This document shows, in pieces, positions 1-8,609 of a stretch of 64,000 bases of DNA. The stretch is from an uncultured Gammaproteobacteria bacterium (GTDB lineage: Bacteria > Patescibacteriota > Microgenomatia > Daviesbacterales > UBA10151). The notes beneath the pieces were generated by a model. The model was not told where the DNA came from and ran no database searches. It saw only the letters and a program-made list of their open reading frames with translations. Made by a program: the position numbers and the translations under genes. The DNA lies in the NCBI GenBank assembly GCA_964392925.1, contig CAYMRP010000001.1, forward strand, positions 165,585 through 229,584, in the 5' to 3' direction. Every line of letters starts with the position of its first letter. Positions within the stretch are counted from its first letter, which is position 1.

Positions 1-80
1 ACCACACTCTTATCTAACTTCTAAAACTATCTTTCATTAGATATAATCCATTAGTTGATAAAGGGAGTAAGCAGAGCTTT

Positions 81-107
81 CTCCCGCTCATTACATTCGC
101 GGGAGTA
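81..107 (+). repeat. acceptor-stem pseudo-copy of tRNA-Gly (3'-end copy tctcccgctca + 8 nt + 5'-start copy gcgggagta)
   Basis: 11-nt copy of the tRNA 3' end and 9-nt copy of the tRNA 5' end form a hairpin about 30 nt upstream of the tRNA. Confidence 0.5.
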
Positions 108-134
108 AATAAATTTGCTCACCGCAACTCCATT

Positions 135-206
135 GCGGGAGTAGTATAGTGGTAGTATGCTTCCTTCCCAAGGAAGAGGCCGCGGGTTCGAATCCCGTCT
201 CCCGCT
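135..206 (+). tRNA. tRNA-Gly (anticodon CCC)
   Basis: Cloverleaf read directly: acceptor gcgggag/ctcccgc, anticodon stem cttcc/ggaag with loop ttCCCaa, T-loop ttcgaat; resembles E. coli tRNA-Gly(CCC). Confidence 0.8.
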
Positions 207-384
207 CAGGTTATTTTATGATAATTCGTTGCCCTATATCTAATTCCTCCAGGATAAGCTATAGTGCATATACTTAACAGTTGTTTTAACTCAAAGACTT
301 TTCACCTCTTTTTGTACAGGCTTACTTTCACTCAATTTTTAGGCTTATTCAAATCTGGTCCAACCAGTTCTTTTCTTATTAATT

Positions 385-1371
385 ATGATTGCATATTTTA
401 TATTAGTTCACAGATACCCTCTTCAGTTCAAAAGACTATTTAAATCTATTTACGACCCAGAAAATCAATATTTAATTCATATTGATAAAAAAGCTGGACC
501 TGATTTATTAAAAGATATTAAGAAATTCCTTAAAGATTTCCCTAACACCAGCATTTTAAAAAGTCAGAGTGTTGTTTGGGGAGGCTATAGCATGGTAGAA
601 ACCGAACTAAGAGGAATTAAAAGGCTTCTAGAAATAAGTAAAGTTTGGACTCATTTTATAAATCTTAGCGGCCAAGACTTCCCTTTAAAAACTCAAAAAG
701 AAATTAAAGATTTACTTCGAGTTGGTAAAGGTAAAGACTATATGTTGGTATCAGATCAAACTAAAGATCGCCCCAATACTTTAAACCGGATAAAAAACTA
801 TTTTGTTGAATCAGATAGCGGCTTTACTGGAACTCCGGTTAAAAGACCTTTTATGGCAAATGTCATCCCCTACATAGGAGGACAATGGAAAATTCTAAGC
901 CGTAATGCCTGTGAATTTATTTGTTCTGACTCCAAAGTTACCAAAATTAAAAACTTTTACAAAAACACTCTCATCCCCGATGAAAGTTTCTTTCAAACAG
1001 CCTTAATGAATAGCGATTACCCAAACTCAATAATCAACGACGATAAAAGAGCTATTATTTGGATTCCTGATGTAGATGTCAGACTAAACCCAAAAACACT
1101 TACCGCAATCGATACTGAATCTTTAATCGCCAGTGGAAAAATAAAACTCCGACCTAAAACATTCACCCTCCAGGATCGAATATATTTAAGCGAAACTACA
1201 GCCTTCTTTGCCCGCAAATTTGATGAAACTGTTGATTCCGCGATTCTTGATTTTCTTGAGGCGAACCTTAAAATGCTAAATCAACCAAAAAAACTCAAAG
1301 TGAACTTAGGATTGGATAAAATTCTGCCTCTTCCAATTATTACCACTATTACTCCAGCAAGAATTATTTAA
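385..1371 (+). CDS. glycosyltransferase family 14 (core-2/I-branching enzyme-like)
   Basis: N-terminal IAYFILVH...YLIHIDKK motif typical of the Pfam Branch/GT14 family. Confidence 0.55.
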   Translation: MIAYFILVHRYPLQFKRLFKSIYDPENQYLIHIDKKAGPDLLKDIKKFLKDFPNTSILKSQSVVWGGYSMVETELRGIKRLLEISKVWTHFINLSGQDFPLKTQKEIKDLLRVGKGKDYMLVSDQTKDRPNTLNRIKNYFVESDSGFTGTPVKRPFMANVIPYIGGQWKILSRNACEFICSDSKVTKIKNFYKNTLIPDESFFQTALMNSDYPNSIINDDKRAIIWIPDVDVRLNPKTLTAIDTESLIASGKIKLRPKTFTLQDRIYLSETTAFFARKFDETVDSAILDFLEANLKMLNQPKKLKVNLGLDKILPLPIITTITPARII

Positions 1372-2206
1372 TTAAATTAGCAGCTATAAAATCAGCGATT
1401 TTCTTACTTATAAATAACACTCCACTTGGACTTGGGTGAATATAATCATCATTTCTAATTAAATATTGTTTAGCATTTCCAGACGAGTCAAGAGACGGCG
1501 TAAAAATATCAATCACCGGAATCCCCTGAGACCGCGCAAACTCCATATGGTTTTTTATATATGAATCGCGCTCCAAAGCCCATTGTTCTCTAACTTCTGC
1601 GCTTAAATCCTGAGTATTTTTAGCGTAGGTCTCTTTATTCGCGCCTATTGTTCCTACAAAAACTAATTTCTCTTTACCGGAAGTAGTTGCAACAAATTCA
1701 ACTAAATCTTCTAATATCTCAGTTTGCTTCTTTAATCCGCCTTCATTAAACTCCGACAACGGATTATGTCCAAACGATTCAACTAGTAAATAATCAAAAT
1801 CAATATCTTTTATTGGCGCGAAATCCCGTCCGGAATGATAAGTTGTAGAAACCATCCTTTCTTTAGCCGATATAATACTTGTCGCCCCATACCCATAATT
1901 TAACACCTCAAAAGTTTTATCCGGATAATACTCATTTAAATATCCTCTTAGTTCATCAGTATTACCTAATGTTTCAGTCATCGAATCGCCTAAAATCACG
2001 AAAGTGTAGTCATGCGGATATTTAATTTTGCCCGACTGCGTACTGGGTTGTGAATCTACTTCACTTAATTTTTTGAAAGGGGGAGGGGGTTTTAAAGAAT
2101 ATTTTTCTATTAGATCAGGCCCAAACTTAAACGCCACAGCGCTTCCAAACAAAATAACTAGACCAATACAAAATAAAAAAAATTTCGGCAGACGTTTAAT
2201 ATACAT
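1364..2206 (-). CDS. SGNH/GDSL-type hydrolase with N-terminal TM anchor
   Basis: FVILGDSMTE (GDS block) after N-terminal hydrophobic helix. Confidence 0.55.
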   Translation of the reverse strand: MYIKRLPKFFLFCIGLVILFGSAVAFKFGPDLIEKYSLKPPPPFKKLSEVDSQPSTQSGKIKYPHDYTFVILGDSMTETLGNTDELRGYLNEYYPDKTFEVLNYGYGATSIISAKERMVSTTYHSGRDFAPIKDIDFDYLLVESFGHNPLSEFNEGGLKKQTEILEDLVEFVATTSGKEKLVFVGTIGANKETYAKNTQDLSAEVREQWALERDSYIKNHMEFARSQGIPVIDIFTPSLDSSGNAKQYLIRNDDYIHPSPSGVLFISKKIADFIAANLIK

Positions 2207-2223
2207 TACAAACTTAGGAATTT

Positions 2224-3051
2224 CTAGTTTCTGGGGATCTTGATAACTACCCCAACCTCTATACTATCAGGATTGGAGATATTATTTGCTTTAGCAATTG
2301 CATCATATTTGCTGATATCGCCGTATGCTCTGCCTGCGATCTTAGACAACCAGTCATCAGCTTGAATAGTGTATGAATCACCAGTTATCGCTTCACCCCA
2401 TGTTGTTTGATTCATAGCTCCGCCTGTGCCTGCATCTTCCATTTTTGGAGCCTCACTTGCTTCAGCCATAGGTTCTTTGCTTGGCTCAGGAGATGCTTTT
2501 TCTGCAGCTTCCTCAGTAGCAACGGGTGATGCAGCTGGTGTAGCGCTAGCTTCAGTCATAGCTTCAAGTCCTTCAACTTTAGGTATATTTAATTCCTGAC
2601 CAACTTCTATATTTTCATTACTTAAATTATTATCTTTAACTATTTCGGAGTATTTAGAACCCTCTCCGTAGTATTTCTGAGCTATCAGGAATAATGTATC
2701 TCCTTCTTTTACTGTATATTTACCAGGAAGATTTTCCTTTTTAACATCTCCGTTTTCATCCATAGTTTGTTCAGCCATTGGCGTGACGTTGCCGGTCTCG
2801 TCTTCTGATTTATTGAAGTAATTAAAGATTAATACTCCCAGTACAACTACAATTAAAGCTCCTAAAATTAAATTTAAGTAGGATTGATTCTTCTCTAAGT
2901 CATTTTGGATTTTATCAAGAAAATTATTCTCTGATTTTTTAGGAGTGGATTTTGATTCTCCACGGTCAACAGTTACTTTGCTTTCAGAAGCTCTTGTTAC
3001 AGCTGCAGTTCTTTTTGCTGTTTTGGTTTTTTTGTTTGTTTTTGTTGCCAT
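2224..3051 (-). CDS. LysM-repeat peptidoglycan-binding membrane protein (2 LysM domains)
   Basis: Two LysM motifs (YTVKEGDTLFLIAQKYYG..., YTIQADDWLSKIAGRAYG...) after basic N-terminus plus TM helix and acidic/Pro-rich linker. Confidence 0.7.
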   Translation of the reverse strand: MATKTNKKTKTAKRTAAVTRASESKVTVDRGESKSTPKKSENNFLDKIQNDLEKNQSYLNLILGALIVVVLGVLIFNYFNKSEDETGNVTPMAEQTMDENGDVKKENLPGKYTVKEGDTLFLIAQKYYGEGSKYSEIVKDNNLSNENIEVGQELNIPKVEGLEAMTEASATPAASPVATEEAAEKASPEPSKEPMAEASEAPKMEDAGTGGAMNQTTWGEAITGDSYTIQADDWLSKIAGRAYGDISKYDAIAKANNISNPDSIEVGVVIKIPRN

Positions 3052-3189
3052 GTCTGTAACTCCCTATAACTATTTCATTCACATTTGTGAAAAATAACTA
3101 CAGGCAGTGTAGGTTGATTTTTACACTACGCACCACACATCTGTCAACTAGATCAAAATATAGCAATATCTTGACTATCTTTTCCTGTA

Positions 3190-4104
3190 ATGTATATTAC
3201 ACCTATGGCTGACAGAAAAACATTCCATCCTGAATTATATAGAGACGCTGCTATCCCTTTGTGGGAGAGGTCCAGAATTATAAAAGATCATATAGAGAAA
3301 TCCCTAATAACAGAGTCGAGTGAAAGATCTCTCCTTATGGGTTTTTCAGATCTTAGATTTACCTGGGGTCGTTATAACCGTAGCCAGGAGCGGGAGTTCG
3401 AGCTTCTCGAATGGGAAAGGCAAAGACAAGCAGTACTCATTGCAGGTATAGCCTCCGGTTTAGGAATTAAAGAGCAGGATTGCTTCGATTTACTTCCGGA
3501 CAAATTTCCTGAGCGGTTAGAATCTTATAATAGATTAGGACTGGACACCCCTCTACTCGTTCCCAGGTTTACGAGAGTATCATGGGCAAGCGCTGTTCAT
3601 GCAGCAAGCGAGACAACTTTTTATCCTGAGGCGGTAACATTAGATTATGATCTAGATCCTTCTAGGGTTGGGGAATGGCAGGATCCGAGAGGTGTTAAGA
3701 TCCCCCAGCAACCTTTCGCGACATGGATAAAGATCCCTCCTGTTGTTCAGTATGATATTTATCCTGATAAAGACTCTCTCCAGCGAATTCGCAATCCGGA
3801 AATAGACGAAGTTGCCGAAGCTCCGGCAATTGCAAGAGTTATATTAGATCCCGATGCTAGAGGTGCAACTCACTGGGATGGACTAGCCTTGGGCTCTTTG
3901 AGGAGGGAATCAGCCCCCATAAGATTCACAGCAATGAATCTTCATGATCTAATAGGGTCGCGAATAGGAGAATATGGTGTTTTATCCTTACGTAAACCCC
4001 TCTCGGATGGAGGACCTTCCTGGCTAAGCAGGACACACATAGATGATGATCCAGAACAAAGAACGCCGGTTATCTGTAGCAGAGAAGTAACTACGAGACA
4101 ATAA
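3190..4104 (+). CDS. hypothetical protein, G+C-richer orphan (likely real start at 3205 MADRK...)
   Basis: Long ORF with visibly higher G+C than neighbours; TTGACT-16-TATATT promoter-like element just upstream; stop codon fused to a 21-bp copy of the tRNA-Asp 3' end. Confidence 0.5.
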   Translation: MYITPMADRKTFHPELYRDAAIPLWERSRIIKDHIEKSLITESSERSLLMGFSDLRFTWGRYNRSQEREFELLEWERQRQAVLIAGIASGLGIKEQDCFDLLPDKFPERLESYNRLGLDTPLLVPRFTRVSWASAVHAASETTFYPEAVTLDYDLDPSRVGEWQDPRGVKIPQQPFATWIKIPPVVQYDIYPDKDSLQRIRNPEIDEVAEAPAIARVILDPDARGATHWDGLALGSLRRESAPIRFTAMNLHDLIGSRIGEYGVLSLRKPLSDGGPSWLSRTHIDDDPEQRTPVICSREVTTRQ

Positions 4105-4122
4105 ATGCGAGACCGACGGGAC
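4102..4122. repeat. 21-bp direct repeat copy of tRNA-Asp 3' end (taaatgcgagaccgacgggac); second copy 4231-4251
   Basis: Identical 21-mer at 4102-4122 and 4231-4251; the second copy is the genuine 3' end (T-stem/acceptor) of the minus-strand tRNA-Asp. Confidence 0.8.
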
Positions 4123-4201
4123 AACACGCACTTTTCCTGCGTAAAAGCCGAACTCCTCAAACTTTGTTTGATATTTCGACTCCCTTGCTGGTCTAATTTC
4201 C

Positions 4202-4230
4202 AAAAAAGCCCAGACAAGCTGGACTTTTTG
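4202..4230. terminator. bidirectional intrinsic terminator (A-run, short GC hairpin, T-run)
   Basis: aaaaaagcccagacaagctggactttttg lies between the convergent ORF 3190-4104 and tRNA-Asp. Confidence 0.45.
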
Positions 4231-4236
4231 TAAATG

Positions 4237-4508
4237 CGAGACCGACGGGACTCGAACCCGCGACCTCCTCCGTGCATGAAATCCAATACTTTCGTAATGG
4301 CATGGACTATATCTTCACCTTTCCTAAAAGGTTTAGGTGCTTCGGTATCTAGTCTCTACGGCGCTCCGCCAAATTCTGGCGGTTCCCACGGTGTTCACAT
4401 ATCTTTCGACTTAGTCTTCACCGTTATCCCGAAATTATTCATCCTAAAGTTTCCTTTAGAAGCTGCACGTCTACAGGGAGGCGCTCTAACCAACTGAGCT
4501 ACGGCCTC
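4237..4508 (-). tRNA. tRNA-Asp (anticodon GUC) interrupted by a 198-nt group I intron; exons 4473-4508 and 4237-4274
   Basis: Exon 1 gaggccgtagctcagttggttagagcgcctccctgt and exon 2 cacggaggaggtcgcgggttcgagtcccgtcggtctcg-g rejoin to a canonical tRNA with anticodon loop CUGUCAC. 3' half matches E. coli tRNA-Asp (GGUCGCGGGUUCGAGUCCCGUC); discriminator G73. Confidence 0.8.
4275..4472 (-). ncRNA. group I intron (small IC3-like, Azoarcus tRNA-Ile-intron-like) in anticodon loop between tRNA positions 35/36
   Basis: 5' exon ends in U; intron begins AGACGUGCAG with GCAG able to pair with exon CUGU (P1, U-G at splice site); intron ends in G. Contains GUAGAGACUAGA, the element found in the P7/J8-7 region of the Azoarcus intron; no ORF inside. 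Confidence 0.7.
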
Positions 4509-4528
4509 TCGCAACTATGCCATATCCC

Positions 4529-4556
4529 ACGCTCTGCGCGCTGAGCTACGGCCTTA
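4529..4556 (-). repeat. degenerate duplicate of tRNA-Asp 5' region (acceptor/D-arm: ggccgtagctcag..gagcg)
   Basis: ctgagctacggcc and gctct blocks repeated 43 nt upstream of the real tRNA 5' end; overlaps last codons of the LAGLIDADG ORF. Confidence 0.6.
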
Positions 4557-5244
4557 AAATACTTTTCAAACCTTTATCATACTTCAGCCTTTTTCTTTCT
4601 AGGTGAGGTAAAACTAAATTAGGGTATAAAAAGTCATACAATTCTACAACATCCTTTCCACTATAAGCAAGGCTATAGGCACCGCTATGGAAATATAATG
4701 ATCCCACACCTATCCCCAATAATGCTGCTATCTTGGATCGTATGGTTTCCAAAAAAATCCTATTGCCGCATCTAAGATTCAAAATAAAATAATTGATCAC
4801 TCCCGTCCTGTCTTTTCTTGCTGAACTATTAAAGTAAATTGAACCATCTCCATCAAAATATCCTCTGATAAAATGTCCGAGAAATGAGTCTGGGATAGGG
4901 GGGAATATTAACGTTTTACTTTTAGCTGGAGTAAAACCAATCTCACCAAATCTGTTAAATAGTTTCTTGCTTCCAATTTGGAGAGAATAACTAGTTTTAA
5001 AATTACCTGCTCGTTTATAGACCTCTATTTTATTAGTTAATTTTAATAATATTTGGATGGTTAATATAAGCTGATAATCAGTTGAAGTAAAAGCCACATA
5101 ACAAGATCCCCTCTTGTTCTTATACATGCACCCATCAGATGCAAAAAGACCTAAGACATATGCACACTCAGCTGACCAAGTATTAAAGAAGCTTTCCACA
5201 TATCTTGGATTTAGGATCATCCCTTTGCATATTTTACCACTCAA
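4546..5244 (-). CDS. LAGLIDADG homing endonuclease (double-motif, free-standing)
   Basis: Two dodecapeptide motifs: LGLFASDGCMY and IRGYFDGDGSIY; size 232 aa typical of monomeric two-domain LAGLIDADG enzymes. Confidence 0.8.
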   Translation of the reverse strand: MSGKICKGMILNPRYVESFFNTWSAECAYVLGLFASDGCMYKNKRGSCYVAFTSTDYQLILTIQILLKLTNKIEVYKRAGNFKTSYSLQIGSKKLFNRFGEIGFTPAKSKTLIFPPIPDSFLGHFIRGYFDGDGSIYFNSSARKDRTGVINYFILNLRCGNRIFLETIRSKIAALLGIGVGSLYFHSGAYSLAYSGKDVVELYDFLYPNLVLPHLERKRLKYDKGLKSILRP

Positions 5245-5267
5245 ATCTAAAGTGTTATATTGTCAGT

Positions 5268-7013
5268 ATGAAAGGCACATCTAACTCTCATATTTCTGAT
5301 CTTTTAAGAAATGTTGCCGCTTCAAAAACCCTTTCTAAAGATAATTTTTTTGAAATTAGAGCCTATACTAGTGCTGCAGATGCCATTGAACACTTAACTG
5401 CTGAAGTAAAAGATCTATGGCAGGACGGCAGACTAAGCGATATACCTGGTGTTGGCAAAAGTATTCAGGGCCATCTTGACGAATTTTTTAAAACCGGTAA
5501 AGTTGAAAACTTCGAAACTATTTTAAAAAGACATCCTGAAGTCATTTATGATCTGATAAAAATTCCAGGGATTGGTCCGGCCACTGCTCTTGATTTAGCC
5601 AAAAGAGGAGTTGATAGTCTCAAAGACCTAGAGAAAAAAATCAAAGACGGCAGTTTAGTGAAAGAGGGTTTAGGTCAAAAAACTGTTGATAAAATAAGCC
5701 GGGGATTAACTGAAGTTACCGGCCGCGAAAAACGCATGCTTCTGCCTTACGCTTTAGCTCAAGCTGAAAAAATTCTGGAATTTATTAAACAAGATAAAAA
5801 TGTTGTTCATGCTGATCCTTTAGGCAGCTTAAGAAGACAGGTCGCTACCATTGGTGACTTAGATTTCGCAGCTTCCTCAAAAGATCCAAAAGCTACAATC
5901 GAGCGATTCATCAACATGCCGGGAGTAGTAGAGGTTCAGGGGCAAGGTCAAAACAAGGCTATTGTTGTTTTACATTCCGGCATTCATGTTGATCTTCTAG
6001 TCGGAGCACCTGAAACATACGGCGCACTATTACAACACTTCACCGGCTCCAAACATCACAACGTTCATTTAAGAACTTTAGCTCAGGATAAAGGTCTTTC
6101 ATTAAGCGAACATGGAGTTAAAAATTTAAAAACTGGAGAGTTAATTAACTGTCAAACCGAAGATGATCTTTATAAAATGCTCGATATGCAAACTCCTCCT
6201 CCGGAGTTGCGCGAAGATGCGGGTGAAATCGAAGCTGCTATTAAACACACGTTACCAGAATTAGTTAAATTGTCCGACATCAAAGGCGATTTTCATCTTC
6301 ATTCCAATTTTCCAATTGATTCATCCCACGATTACGGAACCGGAAGTCTGGAAGAAATAATTGAAGCCGCAATTAAACTCGGATATAAATATGTCGGTCT
6401 CTCAGATCACTCACCCGGAGTCGGAACTCACACTAAAGAAGAAATTATTAAATTAGTAGAAAAGAGGACAAAATTTATTCATCAATTACAGTTGAAGTAT
6501 AAAAGTATTCGAGTACTAAATGGCCTCGAAATTGATATACTTGCCGACGGATCTTTAGCTGTACCCGAAGAAGGTTTAAAAATGCTGGACTATTCCGTAG
6601 TCGGAATCCACACTGGCCATAGGACTAATAGGGAATCGATAACTAAAAGAATTCTAGCCGCTTTAGAATCCCCATACTCTTCAATTCTCGCCCATCCTAC
6701 TGGCCGGCTCTTAAACGAAAGAGATTCTTATGATGCTGATTGGGAAGAGATCTTTAAAGTGGCCAGCAAAAACAACAAAGCCATGGAAATAAATTCTTTC
6801 CCTAACAGACTCGACCTAAGAGATGATCTAATCCGTCTGGCTCTAAAATACGGAGTTAAATTTAGTATCGATACCGATTCCCACAAAATAGATCAAATGA
6901 CTAATATGCCTTTTGGTGTTTCTGTTGCCCGGCGCGGTTGGGCTTCAAAAAAAGACATTATAAATACCTGGGACTGGAAAGATTTGGCCAAATGGTTTAA
7001 AATGGATAAGTAA
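5268..7013 (+). CDS. polX: DNA polymerase X family protein with C-terminal PHP domain (PolX)
   Basis: HhH motifs ([21 protein letters not shown]), pol-beta nucleotidyltransferase GDLDF, PHP domain [14 protein letters not shown]...; annotated 5205 start overlaps upstream gene so M at 5268 is preferred. Confidence 0.75.
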   Translation: MKGTSNSHISDLLRNVAASKTLSKDNFFEIRAYTSAADAIEHLTAEVKDLWQDGRLSDIPGVGKSIQGHLDEFFKTGKVENFETILKRHPEVIYDLIKIPGIGPATALDLAKRGVDSLKDLEKKIKDGSLVKEGLGQKTVDKISRGLTEVTGREKRMLLPYALAQAEKILEFIKQDKNVVHADPLGSLRRQVATIGDLDFAASSKDPKATIERFINMPGVVEVQGQGQNKAIVVLHSGIHVDLLVGAPETYGALLQHFTGSKHHNVHLRTLAQDKGLSLSEHGVKNLKTGELINCQTEDDLYKMLDMQTPPPELREDAGEIEAAIKHTLPELVKLSDIKGDFHLHSNFPIDSSHDYGTGSLEEIIEAAIKLGYKYVGLSDHSPGVGTHTKEEIIKLVEKRTKFIHQLQLKYKSIRVLNGLEIDILADGSLAVPEEGLKMLDYSVVGIHTGHRTNRESITKRILAALESPYSSILAHPTGRLLNERDSYDADWEEIFKVASKNNKAMEINSFPNRLDLRDDLIRLALKYGVKFSIDTDSHKIDQMTNMPFGVSVARRGWASKKDIINTWDWKDLAKWFKMDK

Positions 7014-7567
7014 TGGATATGACAATGATTATTATTGGTGTTGTAGTTCTGGTCATCGCTGGCTGGCTTTTGATGAGCTATAACTCGCTGGTTACTTTAA
7101 GAAACAGAGTCCGTGAAGCCTGGAGTCAAATTGATATCCAACTCAAAAGACGTGCTTCTTTAATCCCTAATTTAGTTGAAACTGTTAAAGGCTACGCCAA
7201 ACACGAAAAAGAAGTTTTTGAGAATGTTACTAAAGCGCGTAGCGCCTTGATGGGGGCAGAAGATCCAGCTCATAAAGCCGCAGCGAACGATATGTTAACT
7301 GGAGCCTTAAAATCTCTTTTTGCTGTAGCCGAAGCCTATCCTAACTTAAGAGCTTCTGAGAACTTTAAAGCTCTCCAGGATGAAATTTCTGATACTGAAA
7401 CTAAAGTCGCTGCCAGCCGCCAATTTTACAATACGAATGTCTTAGATCTAAACAACACTATCGAAACCTTCCCAACCATGTTAATTGCCAACATGTTTGG
7501 CTTCAAGCAAGAAGAGTTCTTCAAAGCCACAGAAGAAGAGCGCAAAGACATTGCGGTTAAATTCTAG
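7013..7567 (+). CDS. lemA: LemA family membrane protein
   Basis: N-terminal TM followed by [23 protein letters not shown]... characteristic LemA sequence. Confidence 0.7.
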   Translation: MDMTMIIIGVVVLVIAGWLLMSYNSLVTLRNRVREAWSQIDIQLKRRASLIPNLVETVKGYAKHEKEVFENVTKARSALMGAEDPAHKAAANDMLTGALKSLFAVAEAYPNLRASENFKALQDEISDTETKVAASRQFYNTNVLDLNNTIETFPTMLIANMFGFKQEEFFKATEEERKDIAVKF

Positions 7568-7573
7568 TCTTCA

Positions 7574-8179
7574 ATGAAACTTCTGAAAAAGCAATTGTCT
7601 CTTTTCATCCTAATTCCTTCACTGCTTATTTTTTTAATCGTGGTAACACTAATTTTTTTACCCTACAGCACATTCAATCCTGATGTCTATGAAGGTGATA
7701 AAATTATTAGAGGTGAAGGTATATATAAAGGTGCTGAATACTATTCTCTGGGTCAATATAAGGCCGCTTTGAGAAGTTGGCCGATACTAAAATTCAATTC
7801 AGACTTTAATAATAAACTCAAAAAAGCCGAAGCCCTAAAAGCAGAGCATGTTAAAAATACTCCTGGAATGATTCTGTACTTCAAGGCTATCCCCACGAAA
7901 GAGAGTATATCTCAGATTACAAAAAAGCTAGAAAGTTTTGCGGTGGTGAAAGAAGTTGAATATATCCCTAAGGAAGAAGCTCTCGAAAGATACAAGCAGC
8001 TTCACAAAAACGACCCTTCCATTCTTCAGCTAGTAACTCCGGAAATTCTACCTCCTAGTATGGAGGTCTTTATCAGTGATTGGAGTAAGCTGCAAGAAAT
8101 TAAAGACTCCTTACAAGATAACTCCGACATTCAAGACATTATTCTTTCAAGCGCCCCGAGTGAGGACCTTGTCTTTTAG
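7574..8179 (+). CDS. FtsX extracellular-domain-like protein lacking C-terminal permease helices
   Basis: Single N-terminal TM then VVKEVEYIPKEEALERYKQL...PPSMEVFI resembling FtsX ECD; no further TM segments. Confidence 0.4.
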   Translation: MKLLKKQLSLFILIPSLLIFLIVVTLIFLPYSTFNPDVYEGDKIIRGEGIYKGAEYYSLGQYKAALRSWPILKFNSDFNNKLKKAEALKAEHVKNTPGMILYFKAIPTKESISQITKKLESFAVVKEVEYIPKEEALERYKQLHKNDPSILQLVTPEILPPSMEVFISDWSKLQEIKDSLQDNSDIQDIILSSAPSEDLVF

Positions 8180-8186
8180 CTTTCAT

Positions 8187-8564
8187 ATGTTCTTTAATCA
8201 TAAAATTACAGTTAAAGATTCAGGTGATATGGGCCGTGGCGTTTTCGCCTCAGAAGACATTAAAAAAGGGGAGACCTTAGAAGTCGCGCCTATTCTCGTT
8301 CTCCAATTCGAAGACTTCGTCGAAACCCGCTGGAATCTTTTATTTGAATATTATTTCTGGCTTGATGATGAAGTTGTTCTGGCTCTGGGATATGGCTCAA
8401 TGTATAACCATGCAGTTGATTCAAATGCGGAATATAAAATCGATATCAAGAATAAATCCATAACTTTTAAGGCTATAAGAGACATTAAAGAAGGAGAAGA
8501 AATATTCTTCAACTACAAAGGCTCAACATCCGCTAAAGCCCCCCTTTGGTTCGAAAGAAAATAA
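8187..8564 (+). CDS. SET-domain protein (putative protein lysine methyltransferase)
   Basis: GRGVFA..., NHAVDSNAEY (NHS-like block) and C-terminal EIFFNY motifs of SET domains; upstream in-frame extension overlaps previous gene so ATG at 8187 chosen. Confidence 0.6.
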   Translation: MFFNHKITVKDSGDMGRGVFASEDIKKGETLEVAPILVLQFEDFVETRWNLLFEYYFWLDDEVVLALGYGSMYNHAVDSNAEYKIDIKNKSITFKAIRDIKEGEEIFFNYKGSTSAKAPLWFERK

Positions 8565-8609
8565 CCCCATAGTTTGAAAACAAAGCAATTTTGTACTACA
8601 ATATATACA

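Noticed and set aside
4275-4472. Alternative reading of the 4237-4510 region as two separate tRNA genes or a tRNA pseudogene without intron
   Set aside because: Only one acceptor 5' strand (gaggccg) and one matching 3' strand (cggtctc) exist. The intervening 198 nt begins and ends exactly where a 7-nt anticodon loop is restored. It carries group I-like P1 pairing and the GUAGAGACUAGA element.
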